From: Bacteroidota bacterium
GTDB taxonomy: Bacteria; Bacteroidota; Bacteroidia; Flavobacteriales_D; Sanyastnellaceae
Direction of reading: 5' to 3'
Length of the DNA stretch: 64,000 bases
NCBI GenBank assembly: GCA_046048875.1
Contig: JBJOFG010000014.1
Location: 110,865-174,864, forward strand
Part shown: piece by piece, positions 1 through 7,401 of the stretch
Numbering within the stretch: position 1 is the stretch's first letter
Layout: each line of letters starts with the position of its first letter
Translations under genes and position numbers: made by a program
The notes under the pieces: generated by a model
Databases searched by the model: none
What the model was told of the DNA's origin: nothing
Seen by the model: the letters and a program-made list of their open reading frames with translations, nothing else

Positions 1-397
1 CCGAAAGCAGAGTTGCCAATTCACTGGAGAGTAAATAGGCATTGGACCCCGTGACATACAGATCGATATTTTTTTTGGTGAAAAGCGCATTGACTAATTT
101 TTCGAAGTCAGTGATCAATTGAACTTCATCGAGAAAAATATAATATTTTTCTGTTTCGGAAGTCTTTTGAATAATCTCATCGTAGAGGTTTGACCAGTGA
201 TTCAATTGAATATTTTCTCTTTCTTCAAAATTCAAAAATAGAATGTTTGAATCCGGTGTGCCGTTGTTTTTCAATTCAAGACTAAAGGCTTGTAGCAGAG
301 AAGATTTCCCAGACCTACGAATGCCGGTAATCACCTTTATTAGGTTTTGATCCTTGAGTAATCTCAGTTTTTTCAGGTAGTCCTCTCTAACAATCAT
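1..397 (-). CDS. AAA-type ATPase, DUF4143/COG1373-like (N-terminal part only; C-terminus lies beyond the window start)
   Basis: Open-ended reverse frame with ATG (cat) at 395-397. The translation MIVREDYLKKLRLLKDQNLIKVITGIRRSGKSSLLQ... has a Walker A-like GIRRSGKS and a later YIFLDEVQ Walker B-like motif. Confidence 0.6.
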   Translation of the reverse strand, partial: MIVREDYLKKLRLLKDQNLIKVITGIRRSGKSSLLQAFSLELKNNGTPDSNILFLNFEERENIQLNHWSNLYDEIIQKTSETEKYYIFLDEVQLITDFEKLVNALFTKKNIDLYVTGSNAYLLSSELATLLS

Positions 398-436
398 AAT
401 ATTCAGTAATAGATTGAATATCACAAATATAGGCTT

Positions 437-480
437 CTTATTGACAGAAAGTGATGAAAATCGTGTTTTTTGTCAATAAG
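437..480. repeat. 10-bp perfect inverted repeat CTTATTGACA-N24-TGTCAATAAG between fic and the ATPase gene
   Basis: Read directly at 437-446 and 471-480. It lies downstream of the fic stop and upstream of the ATPase start. The function (operator or long-loop terminator) is unknown. Confidence 0.5.
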
Positions 481-526
481 AGACGTAAGTCATTGAAAAA
501 CATAGCGATGAGTTTTGTTATACTAA

Positions 527-1141
527 CTATTCCCTCAGAAGGTCGAGCTGATCAAATATCAACGATGTCAGCAGATTCAAATCGCTATTGATCGTTCCTT
601 CCATATACTTTTCATAGACAAGTTTGTTGTCGGGCGGATTCAGATTTAGAATGAAGCCTTTTTCGAGTGCTAGTGTTCGAATAAATTCTCGCTGAGCTCT
701 CCCGTTTCCTTCACGAAAAGGGTGAAGATAATTTATGTTATCTAGGATTTCAGCGAGTTTCGAAGCAATAGCATTTTTGTCTGTGTTATTCAGAGCCTTG
801 TATTCAAGAATTAGGTTGTCAATGAAGACAAGGGCAGTATCGAATAAGTTCGTCAGGAAAAACTGCTTGCCGTCTTTGCTTATTTCTACTTTTCGTTTTT
901 CACCGGCCCATTCGTAAACGTCTTGAAATAGGTACTGGTGAATTTTCAAGAGTGCCGAAGAATCAGCAATTGAAATAGGATTATCGAATAACTCCTCGAT
1001 GCGATTCGAAACTTTGAAACTTTCGTAAGCAAGCAAAACTTTTTCATCTTCAATATTCGGAAGATTGCGGAGCACACCATTCTTGAAGGTGTACTGATTT
1101 ATCGGATCGAGATAATTGTAATTATTTTCCGACGCTTGCAT
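527..1141 (-). CDS. fic: Fic family protein (AMPylating toxin of a class I Fic toxin-antitoxin pair)
   Basis: 204 aa with the canonical Fic active-site motif HPFREGNGRAQR (HxFx[D/E]GNGRxxR), encoded at nt 689-724. Confidence 0.9.
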   Translation of the reverse strand: MQASENNYNYLDPINQYTFKNGVLRNLPNIEDEKVLLAYESFKVSNRIEELFDNPISIADSSALLKIHQYLFQDVYEWAGEKRKVEISKDGKQFFLTNLFDTALVFIDNLILEYKALNNTDKNAIASKLAEILDNINYLHPFREGNGRAQREFIRTLALEKGFILNLNPPDNKLVYEKYMEGTINSDLNLLTSLIFDQLDLLRE

Positions 1142-1343
1142 AAAGTGCAGCCAATAAATTTGATTCTGTTATTGCTCCTGATTTCCAATCAATATACAAT
1201 TGCACCAATTCTCGGGAAGGTTCGAAACCTTCAAACATATTGCTACCTATGGCGTTTGCAGTGCGTTCTAATTCAGCGAGATTAGAAAATTTAACCCCCA
1301 TTATTGTAAGTTGTATTCTGTCGATTTCAATTTCTCGATACAT
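1122..1343 (-). CDS. VbhA/FicA-like antitoxin (Fic inhibitory-helix protein)
   Basis: 73-aa ORF whose stop overlaps the fic start by 20 nt. It contains SNMFEG-FEP, matching the [S/T]xxxE[G/N] inhibitory motif (nt 1227-1244). The start was set at ATG 1343 because the longer ORF runs through tRNA-Asn. An alternative start is Met15 (nt 1301). Confidence 0.7.
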   Translation of the reverse strand: MYREIEIDRIQLTIMGVKFSNLAELERTANAIGSNMFEGFEPSRELVQLYIDWKSGAITESNLLAALYASVGK

Positions 1344-1411
1344 AACAGGGATTTTTTCTTTAAGCGTTTTCGATAAATATAAAATTACACAATTTAGATA
1401 TGAAAAACTAA

Positions 1412-1435
1412 AAAGGCGAACCGAAGTTCGCCTTT
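1412..1435 (-). terminator. hairpin terminator abutting the 3' end of tRNA-Asn
   Basis: AAAGGCGAAC-cgaa-GTTCGCCTTT, a 10-bp stem, followed on the minus strand by the T-rich TTAGTTTTTC. Confidence 0.5.
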
Positions 1436-1436
1436 G

Positions 1437-1510
1437 CTCCCCAGCCTGGGCTCGAACCAGGGACCCCATGATTAACAGTCATGTGCTCTAACCAACTGAG
1501 CTACTGAGGA
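1437..1510 (-). tRNA. tRNA-Asn (anticodon GTT)
   Basis: 74-nt cloverleaf folded by hand. Acceptor TCCTCAG/CTGGGGA, D arm GCTC-AGTTGGTTA-GAGC, anticodon arm CATGA-CTGTTAA-TCATG, T arm CCTGG-TTCGAGC-CCAGG, discriminator G. CCA is not encoded. Confidence 0.95.
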
Positions 1511-1692
1511 ATTTAACATTTTTAGTGGAACTCGTCGTTCCAACAAAAACACTCCACTTCGTCTTCAGCCTTCTGTCGTTACCAGAATAAAGCACCCGTC
1601 AGGGATTTCAAGAGAGGTGCAAATTTAACCAACATTTTTAATTCCACAAGAACATTCAGAAAAAAAAATACTTCTTTTCACTTTCTGCGATG

Positions 1693-1700
1693 TACTTTTG
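1693..1700 (+). promoter_or_regulatory. candidate Bacteroidota -7 promoter box (TAnnTTTG) for rseP
   Basis: TACTTTTG lies 12-18 nt upstream of the rseP start codons (TTG 1712 / ATG 1718). Confidence 0.3.
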
Positions 1701-1711
1701 ATTAACAATAC

Positions 1712-3034
1712 TTGTCTATGATTTTAGCGTTTCAACTTATTCTTTCCCTTTCCATATTAATTATTCTTCACGAGCTCGGACACTTCATTCCTGCTCGACT
1801 ATTCAAAATTCGAGTAGAGAAGTTCTATCTCTTCTTCGATCCATGGTTCAGCCTTATTAAAAAGAAAAAAGGAGATACCGAATACGGTATCGGTTGGCTA
1901 CCACTGGGTGGATATGTGAAAATTGCGGGTATGGTAGACGAAAGCATGGACAAAGATGCAATGGCTCTTCCACCACAAGATTGGGAGTTCCGCTCGAAAC
2001 CAGCTTGGCAACGCCTCATTGTTATGATGGGCGGAGTTATCGTAAACATGATTGTTGGTTTTGTACTCTATGCCATTATTTTAGGTGTTTGGGGACGCGA
2101 TGTCCTTCCTGTTGAAAATGTGAAATTCGGTGTGCATGTGAACGAAACCATGAAGGCAGCCGGATTCCAAGAGGGAGATAAAATTTTAGCGCTCAACGGC
2201 GAACGCCCAGAGAGCTTTAGCGAAGTAAACAAGTCGCTACTCGTAGACAATATTTCAACCGTTACCATTGAAAGAAACGGACAGAAAATGGACATCTCCA
2301 TTCCAGCAAACATTGGTCAGCAATTGGTAGACGGAGGAGTGAAATCAGCCCCATTCGCTGTGCGCCTTCCGTGCGTAGTCGACAGCGTGGTGGCTGGAAA
2401 TAAAGCCGCTGAAGCGGGTTTAATGAAAGGAGATAGCGTTGTGGGTTTAGGCGAAGTTCATTCCATCTACTTCAATGATATCAAAGCGGAATTGAACAAC
2501 AAGAAAGGACAAACCGTTCCTATGTGGGTGAAAAGAAACGGACAAGAAGTACAGTTGAACGTTGGCATTAACGACGATGGAACCATTGGTTTCATTCCGA
2601 AAGCAGATGTAAAACAATTCGGTGTGGAAACCCTTCACTACGGATTCTTCGAAGCCATTCCTGCAGGTGCAGCTTGGGCGTGGGAAACATTCACCGATTA
2701 CGGAAGTCAGCTGAAATATTTGTTCTCGTCTTCTGGCGCGAAGCAAGTAGGCGGATTCGGATCTTTCGCGAAGATGTTCCCCGACACATGGGACTGGGCA
2801 ACTTTTTGGGAGCGCACCGCTTTCATTTCTTTAATCTTGGCGTTCATGAATATGCTTCCGATTCCAGCGTTAGACGGCGGACACGTGATGTTCCTTTTGT
2901 GGGAAATGATTACCGGAAAAGCAGTAAGTCAAAAAATTCTTGAAAAGGCCCAAATCGTTGGAATGGTGCTTCTTTTGGGACTTATGCTGTGGGGAAATAT
3001 CTTAGATATTTTCAGAGCAGTTGTTGGAAAATAG
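1712..3034 (+). CDS. rseP: RIP site-2 metalloprotease RseP
   Basis: 440 aa. HELGH zinc motif in the first TM segment, a central PDZ-like region, and the C-terminal LPIPALDGG motif. The start may instead be ATG 1718. Confidence 0.9.
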   Translation: MSMILAFQLILSLSILIILHELGHFIPARLFKIRVEKFYLFFDPWFSLIKKKKGDTEYGIGWLPLGGYVKIAGMVDESMDKDAMALPPQDWEFRSKPAWQRLIVMMGGVIVNMIVGFVLYAIILGVWGRDVLPVENVKFGVHVNETMKAAGFQEGDKILALNGERPESFSEVNKSLLVDNISTVTIERNGQKMDISIPANIGQQLVDGGVKSAPFAVRLPCVVDSVVAGNKAAEAGLMKGDSVVGLGEVHSIYFNDIKAELNNKKGQTVPMWVKRNGQEVQLNVGINDDGTIGFIPKADVKQFGVETLHYGFFEAIPAGAAWAWETFTDYGSQLKYLFSSSGAKQVGGFGSFAKMFPDTWDWATFWERTAFISLILAFMNMLPIPALDGGHVMFLLWEMITGKAVSQKILEKAQIVGMVLLLGLMLWGNILDIFRAVVGK

Positions 3035-3074
3035 AAAACGTGTTTATATTTGCACTCCTCTATTGAGAGGAAAT

Positions 3075-3156
3075 GCCTAGATGGCGGAATTGGTAGACGC
3101 GCACGACTCAAAATCGTGTGTCTTCGGGCATGTGGGTTCGATTCCCACTCTGGGTA
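3075..3156 (+). tRNA. tRNA-Leu (anticodon CAA), type II with long variable arm
   Basis: Hand-folded. Acceptor GCCTAGA/TCTGGGT (G1-U72 and U4-G69 wobbles), anticodon arm CACGA-CTCAAAA-TCGTG, variable arm GTC-TTCG-GGC, T arm GTGGG-TTCGATT-CCCAC, discriminator A73. Confidence 0.9.
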
Positions 3157-3162
3157 CAGAGA

Positions 3163-3187
3163 AAGGCTTCTTCGGAAGCCTTTTTTT
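3163..3187 (+). terminator. rho-independent terminator after tRNA-Leu
   Basis: AAGGCTTC-ttcg-GAAGCCTT followed by TTTTT. Confidence 0.8.
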
Positions 3188-3240
3188 ATTGCGAAATTTT
3201 TTCGCTGAATCTTGTGTAACATCTTTCGTAGAAAATCGTA

Positions 3241-3252
3241 ATATTGCAATAT
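3241..3252. promoter_or_regulatory. 12-bp perfect palindrome ATATTGCAATAT, candidate ArsR operator
   Basis: Read directly; it ends 11 nt upstream of the arsR ATG. ArsR/SmtB repressors bind imperfect or perfect dyads that overlap their own promoters. Confidence 0.4.
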
Positions 3253-3263
3253 ACAAATACAAA

Positions 3264-3593
3264 ATGGGAACCACGAAATCAGATCTCTTCAACAAAAAAC
3301 AAAACGAAACGGCTTCGTTGCTGAAAGCCATTGCGCATCCTGCGCGAATTGCCATTGTTGAATATTTAATGAATGTGGAATCGTGTGTATGCGGAGATAT
3401 CGTAACGAAACTTCCACTTGCACAACCCACCGTGTCGCAACACTTGAAAGAGTTGAAACTCGCTGGAATTATTCAAGGATCTATCGAAGGGAATTCCATT
3501 TGCTACTGCCTGAATGAAAAGTCCATTCAAAAACTAAAGGTCTATTTTGAAACAATAGAGACTAAAATTTCGAAACAAAATAAATGTTGCTAA
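3264..3593 (+). CDS. arsR: ArsR/SmtB family metalloregulator
   Basis: 109 aa. Winged-helix core with the CVC metal site (ESCVCGD) and QPTVSQHLKELK recognition helix. It heads an ars operon. The longer ORF from 3081 was rejected because it covers tRNA-Leu. Confidence 0.85.
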   Translation: MGTTKSDLFNKKQNETASLLKAIAHPARIAIVEYLMNVESCVCGDIVTKLPLAQPTVSQHLKELKLAGIIQGSIEGNSICYCLNEKSIQKLKVYFETIETKISKQNKCC

Positions 3594-3594
3594 T

Positions 3595-4068
3595 ATGAAA
3601 ATCTCAGAATTGAAAAGCCGATTAAACGAAGTGAATACACTCGTTTTCGAATTACCAAACGGACAAACTGTTCCTGCGCATTTTCATGTGACGGAAGTAG
3701 GGTTAGTTACCAAACACTTTATCGATTGTGGCGGTACTGTTCGCAACGAGAAGGTCGCTAACTTCCAATTGTGGGAAGCAAACGATTTCGAGCACAGACT
3801 AGCTCCTTCAAAATTCCTAGGCATTATTCTTCAATCGGAAAATTTATTCGACATGAATGAATTGGATGTTGAAGTGGAGTACCAATCAGAAACCATTGGT
3901 AAATATCACTTGGAGTTTGAAGACGGAAAATTCAAATTAATTGCAACGCAAACAAATTGCTTGGCGCAAGACAAATGCGGAATTCCTCCGAGCAAATTGA
4001 AGATTGAATTAAAGACATTAGGAACGAATACAGCTAGCACTTGCACTCCCGGTGGAGGCTGCTGCTAA
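3595..4068 (+). CDS. DUF6428-like protein of ars operons (unknown function), C-terminal Cys cluster
   Basis: 157 aa. The N-terminus KISELKSRL...LPNGQTVPAHFHVTEVG matches my memory of the DUF6428 family found between arsR and acr3. It ends in CTPGGGCC. Confidence 0.55.
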   Translation: MKISELKSRLNEVNTLVFELPNGQTVPAHFHVTEVGLVTKHFIDCGGTVRNEKVANFQLWEANDFEHRLAPSKFLGIILQSENLFDMNELDVEVEYQSETIGKYHLEFEDGKFKLIATQTNCLAQDKCGIPPSKLKIELKTLGTNTASTCTPGGGCC

Positions 4069-4080
4069 ATCATTTTGCTT

Positions 4081-5115
4081 ATGCAACCCAAACTAAAATT
4101 TCTCGATCGATTCCTGACACTTTGGATCTTCATAGCCATGGCCATTGGAGTTGGACTTGGATATTTCTTTCCAAGTGTCGCAAACATCACCAATCGTTTT
4201 TCAGTTGGAACGACCAATATTCCTTTGGCAGTCGGACTTATTCTCATGATGTTTCCGCCGCTAGCAAAAGTGAACTACAGTCTCTTGCCGAAAGCGTTTC
4301 AAGATAAAAAAGTAATGACGCTTTCGTTACTCTTGAATTGGATTGTGGGGCCCATTCTCATGTTCGTTCTGGCCATCGTGTTTCTTCGCGATCAACCGCA
4401 TTACATGGTTGGATTAATTCTAATCGGACTCGCGCGATGCATTGCTATGGTTATCGTGTGGAATGATTTGGCCGGAGGAAACAGAGAGTACGGTGCCTTG
4501 CTCATTGCCTTGAACAGCGTGTTTCAGGTGCTGTCTTATTCTTTCTATGCGTGGCTCTTCATTAATGTTCTTCCGAATACTTTGGGACTCGGAAACTTCA
4601 GTGTCTCTGTACCAATGAGTGAAGTCACACAAAGCGTTTTGATCTATTTAGGAATTCCATTTCTCGCCGGATTCCTCACGCGCTATTTCCTTATTCAATC
4701 GAAAGGAGAAGAATGGTACAACCGCAAATTCATTCCGAAAATTTCACCCATAACTCTTTACGCATTGCTCTTCACCATTGTGTTAATGTTTAGTTTGAAG
4801 GGAGATAAAATTTTGGAACTTCCGCTCGATGTTTTGCGCATAGCCATTCCTCTCGTTATCTATTTCGCACTCATGTTTTTCGTGAGTTTCTTCGTGAACA
4901 AATCAATGGGTGTAGACTACGCGAAGAACGCTGCGATTTCTTTCACGGCTACTGGAAATAATTTTGAATTAGCAATTGCTGTTTCGATTGCTGTTTTCGG
5001 AATTCATTCGGCTGAAGCGTTCGTGGGTGTCATTGGTCCACTCATAGAAGTACCTGTTCTCATTCTATTGGTGAAAGCAAGTTTATTCCTCAAGAAAAAA
5101 TATTATCAATCATGA
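4081..5115 (+). CDS. acr3: ACR3 family arsenite efflux transporter
   Basis: About 344 aa, polytopic. The N-terminal [14 protein letters not shown] and overall hydrophobic profile are typical of ACR3. ATG 4081 is preferred over TTG 4075. Confidence 0.9.
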   Translation: MQPKLKFLDRFLTLWIFIAMAIGVGLGYFFPSVANITNRFSVGTTNIPLAVGLILMMFPPLAKVNYSLLPKAFQDKKVMTLSLLLNWIVGPILMFVLAIVFLRDQPHYMVGLILIGLARCIAMVIVWNDLAGGNREYGALLIALNSVFQVLSYSFYAWLFINVLPNTLGLGNFSVSVPMSEVTQSVLIYLGIPFLAGFLTRYFLIQSKGEEWYNRKFIPKISPITLYALLFTIVLMFSLKGDKILELPLDVLRIAIPLVIYFALMFFVSFFVNKSMGVDYAKNAAISFTATGNNFELAIAVSIAVFGIHSAEAFVGVIGPLIEVPVLILLVKASLFLKKKYYQS

Positions 5116-5525
5116 AAAACATTTTAGTGCTTTGCACGGGAAACAGCTGCAGAAGTCAGATTGCTGAAGGTTTCCTTCGTCATTATACCGGTGAAAAAGC
5201 CAACGTATACAGCGCCGGTGTTGAAACACACGGTGTGAATCCGCGTGCAATTTCAACCATGAAAGAAGTTGGAATTGACATCTCCAATCACACGTCGAAT
5301 AACGTGAATGAATACACGAACATCAATTTCGATTTTGTGATTACCGTTTGCGACAACGCGAAAGAACGTTGCCCTTATTTTCCTACGAAAGCAGAAAAAT
5401 TCCATTATAATTTTCCCGATCCTGCAAAGGCTGTTGGAACGGAAGAGGATATTTTAATTGAATTCCGTGCTGTTCGAGAGCTCATTGATAACTATTGCAA
5501 AGATTTCGTTCAGAAGCACATCTAG
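5112..5525 (+). CDS. arsC: arsenate reductase, LMW-PTP (thioredoxin-coupled) type
   Basis: [10 protein letters not shown]-loop (CX5R) at the N-terminus, with downstream Cys residues ([10 protein letters not shown]). ATGA start/stop overlap with acr3. Confidence 0.9.
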   Translation: MKNILVLCTGNSCRSQIAEGFLRHYTGEKANVYSAGVETHGVNPRAISTMKEVGIDISNHTSNNVNEYTNINFDFVITVCDNAKERCPYFPTKAEKFHYNFPDPAKAVGTEEDILIEFRAVRELIDNYCKDFVQKHI

Positions 5526-5564
5526 AAATTATTTCGCTTGTACATTGCTTGAAATTTCAAATCG

Positions 5565-6275
5565 ATGAAAACCTTTCAAAGCGATATTTCGAACAACACA
5601 TTTTCTGTTGCCGAGCGAATTTCTGGAAAGATTGTTCAACCAACTATTCTAGATCAAATTCAAAAAGAATATCCAAATTTTTCGGAAGATTCTTATCTCT
5701 CTATTTCTGAATTGAATGCCTTTCGCGAAAAGTATTTGCGCACATTATTAGATCGTGAACGCATTGCCATTTCTGATCTTGAGGGTACTGTTCTTTCTTC
5801 CATTCGAGATGAAACTACGCTCGCAGATAAATTGGAATTTGAAGACGATACACAATACACGTTTGGTCAGCGTTTGGCAGATAGCGTAGCTTCTTTCGGG
5901 GGAAGTTGGACCTTCATTATTGCCTTCGGAGTGTTTTTGTTTCTATGGATTGTTACCAATGTATTTGTTTTTGTCTCTCGGCCTTTCGATCCTTATCCCT
6001 TCATTTTTTTAAACCTTATTCTCTCCTGCATTGCGGCATTGCAAGCGCCTGTTATTATGATGAGCCAGAATAGGCAAGAAGAAAAAGACAGAGAACGCGC
6101 GAAGAAAGATTACATGATTAACCTGAAGGCGGAATTAGAGATTCGAATGCTTCATGAAAAAATAGACCATCTGATTCTTCATCAACAGCATGATTTGTTG
6201 GAAATTCAGAACATTCAAGTGGATATGCTCACCGATGTTTTGAATAAATTTGAAAAATCAATCAAGAAAGAATGA
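5565..6275 (+). CDS. DUF1003-like membrane protein
   Basis: 236 aa. The FGGSWTFI motif is followed by two TM segments and a coiled C-terminal region, as I recall for DUF1003. Confidence 0.55.
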   Translation: MKTFQSDISNNTFSVAERISGKIVQPTILDQIQKEYPNFSEDSYLSISELNAFREKYLRTLLDRERIAISDLEGTVLSSIRDETTLADKLEFEDDTQYTFGQRLADSVASFGGSWTFIIAFGVFLFLWIVTNVFVFVSRPFDPYPFIFLNLILSCIAALQAPVIMMSQNRQEEKDRERAKKDYMINLKAELEIRMLHEKIDHLILHQQHDLLEIQNIQVDMLTDVLNKFEKSIKKE

Positions 6276-6715
6276 GTTCAGTTGCGGAATATGTCAATGG
6301 CCTTGCAGAAGACCGTCAGGTTGTAATTAAGAAACTTCAGGCCCTAACTATAAAGAATCTTCCGAAAGGCTTCGAAGAAGAAATGAGTTACGGAATGATT
6401 GGTTATGTGGTTCCCCACAAGCTTTATCCCGCCGGATATCATTGCGATCCGAAATTGCCGCTTCCATTTTTATCCATTGCATCGCAGAAGAATTTCATTG
6501 CCTTGTATCACATGGGAATGTATGCAAAGCCCGAACTCTTGGATTGGTTTACTTCTGAATATCCGAAGCACTGCAAGTCGAAATTGGACATGGGAAAGTC
6601 GTGTGTCCGTTTCAAAAAGATGGAAGACATCCCTTACGCTTTGTTGGAAGAACTCATAAAGAAAATGACGGTCGCGGATTGGATTTCCATCTACGAAAAG
6701 AATTACAAGAAATAG
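6272..6715 (+). CDS. DUF1801 (YdhG-like) domain protein
   Basis: 147 aa. ATGA overlap with the upstream gene. The family call rests on general sequence resemblance only. Confidence 0.45.
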   Translation: MSSVAEYVNGLAEDRQVVIKKLQALTIKNLPKGFEEEMSYGMIGYVVPHKLYPAGYHCDPKLPLPFLSIASQKNFIALYHMGMYAKPELLDWFTSEYPKHCKSKLDMGKSCVRFKKMEDIPYALLEELIKKMTVADWISIYEKNYKK

Positions 6716-7354
6716 TTATTCCCCCTTCACAAACGGATTCTCTCTTTTCTCTTCGCCAATGGTGGTGGTATCTCCGTGCCCGCAATAAATAACGGTTTCT
6801 TCAGGAAGCGTATACATTTTTGTTCGAATGGAATTCGCCAACGTGTCGAAATCGCCACCCGGTAAGTCGGTTCTTCCGATGCTTCTTTCGAACAACACAT
6901 CCCCGCTGAAGACAACACCTTCTTCATTGAAATAAAAAGCCACATGACCGGGACTGTGTCCTGGAACAAAAAGAACTTCCGTCTCGAAACCGTGACGGTT
7001 CATTTTTCCTTCTTGAAGAAGATACTCAGGGGTAGGACCGGCGGTATAGGGAATGCCATACATGCCCGCAACCAGCTCGCTTCTTTCCACATTCACGTGA
7101 TCCAATTCATGCGCAATGCCCTTCAACCCGAATTCACGAAAACAGAAATCCAACCCCATAATGTGATCAATGTGGCAGTGAGTGAGCCATACATCGACAA
7201 GGGTTAATTCTTCCGCCTTCAACCAAGAAAGAAACTCAGATTCTTCGAAGCGATTGCTCATTCCCGGATCAATGATAACTGCTTGTTTTTCATTGTTCCA
7301 AATGACGTGGGTATTCTCAGAGAAAGCGTTGAATTGAAAAGATTGAATATTCAT
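6716..7354 (-). CDS. MBL-fold metallo-hydrolase (glyoxalase II-like)
   Basis: 212 aa with the THCHIDH (HxHxDH) motif plus downstream PGHSPGH and GDTLF-like (GDVLF) motifs. Confidence 0.85.
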   Translation of the reverse strand: MNIQSFQFNAFSENTHVIWNNEKQAVIIDPGMSNRFEESEFLSWLKAEELTLVDVWLTHCHIDHIMGLDFCFREFGLKGIAHELDHVNVERSELVAGMYGIPYTAGPTPEYLLQEGKMNRHGFETEVLFVPGHSPGHVAFYFNEEGVVFSGDVLFERSIGRTDLPGGDFDTLANSIRTKMYTLPEETVIYCGHGDTTTIGEEKRENPFVKGE

Positions 7355-7369
7355 TGCGAGCGAGTATTT

Positions 7370-7377
7370 TATGTTTG
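7370..7377 (+). promoter_or_regulatory. candidate -7 box (TAnnTTTG) for the 7402 gene
   Basis: TATGTTTG lies 25 nt upstream of ATG 7402 and inside the TTG-7354 extension of the longest ORF. This supports the 7402 start. Confidence 0.35.
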
Positions 7378-7401
7378 CGAAAATACGCGTACTTTGGTTG
7401 T

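Noticed and set aside
1344-1469. N-terminal extension of the antitoxin ORF (ORF 1122..1469), and the plus-strand ORF 1240..1491
   Set aside because: Both run through the tRNA-Asn gene (1437-1510) and its terminator hairpin. The real antitoxin starts at ATG 1343 or later.
1620-1627. Minus-strand TAAATTTG box as the tRNA-Asn promoter
   Set aside because: It lies about 110 nt upstream of the mature tRNA 5' end, an unusually long leader. It may be a chance match in AT-rich DNA.
2929-3430. ORFs 3081..3263 (5' part of the arsR ORF), 2929..3249(-) and 3077..3430(-)
   Set aside because: They overlap tRNA-Leu and its terminator, or are antisense to rseP/arsR. The translations have no recognisable features. 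arsR begins at ATG 3264.
3075-6715. ars operon plus DUF1003/DUF1801 genes as a tRNA-Leu-integrated mobile island
   Set aside because: No integrase or transposase is present, and I found no repeat of the tRNA-Leu 3' end near 6.7 kb. Adjacency to the tRNA alone is insufficient.
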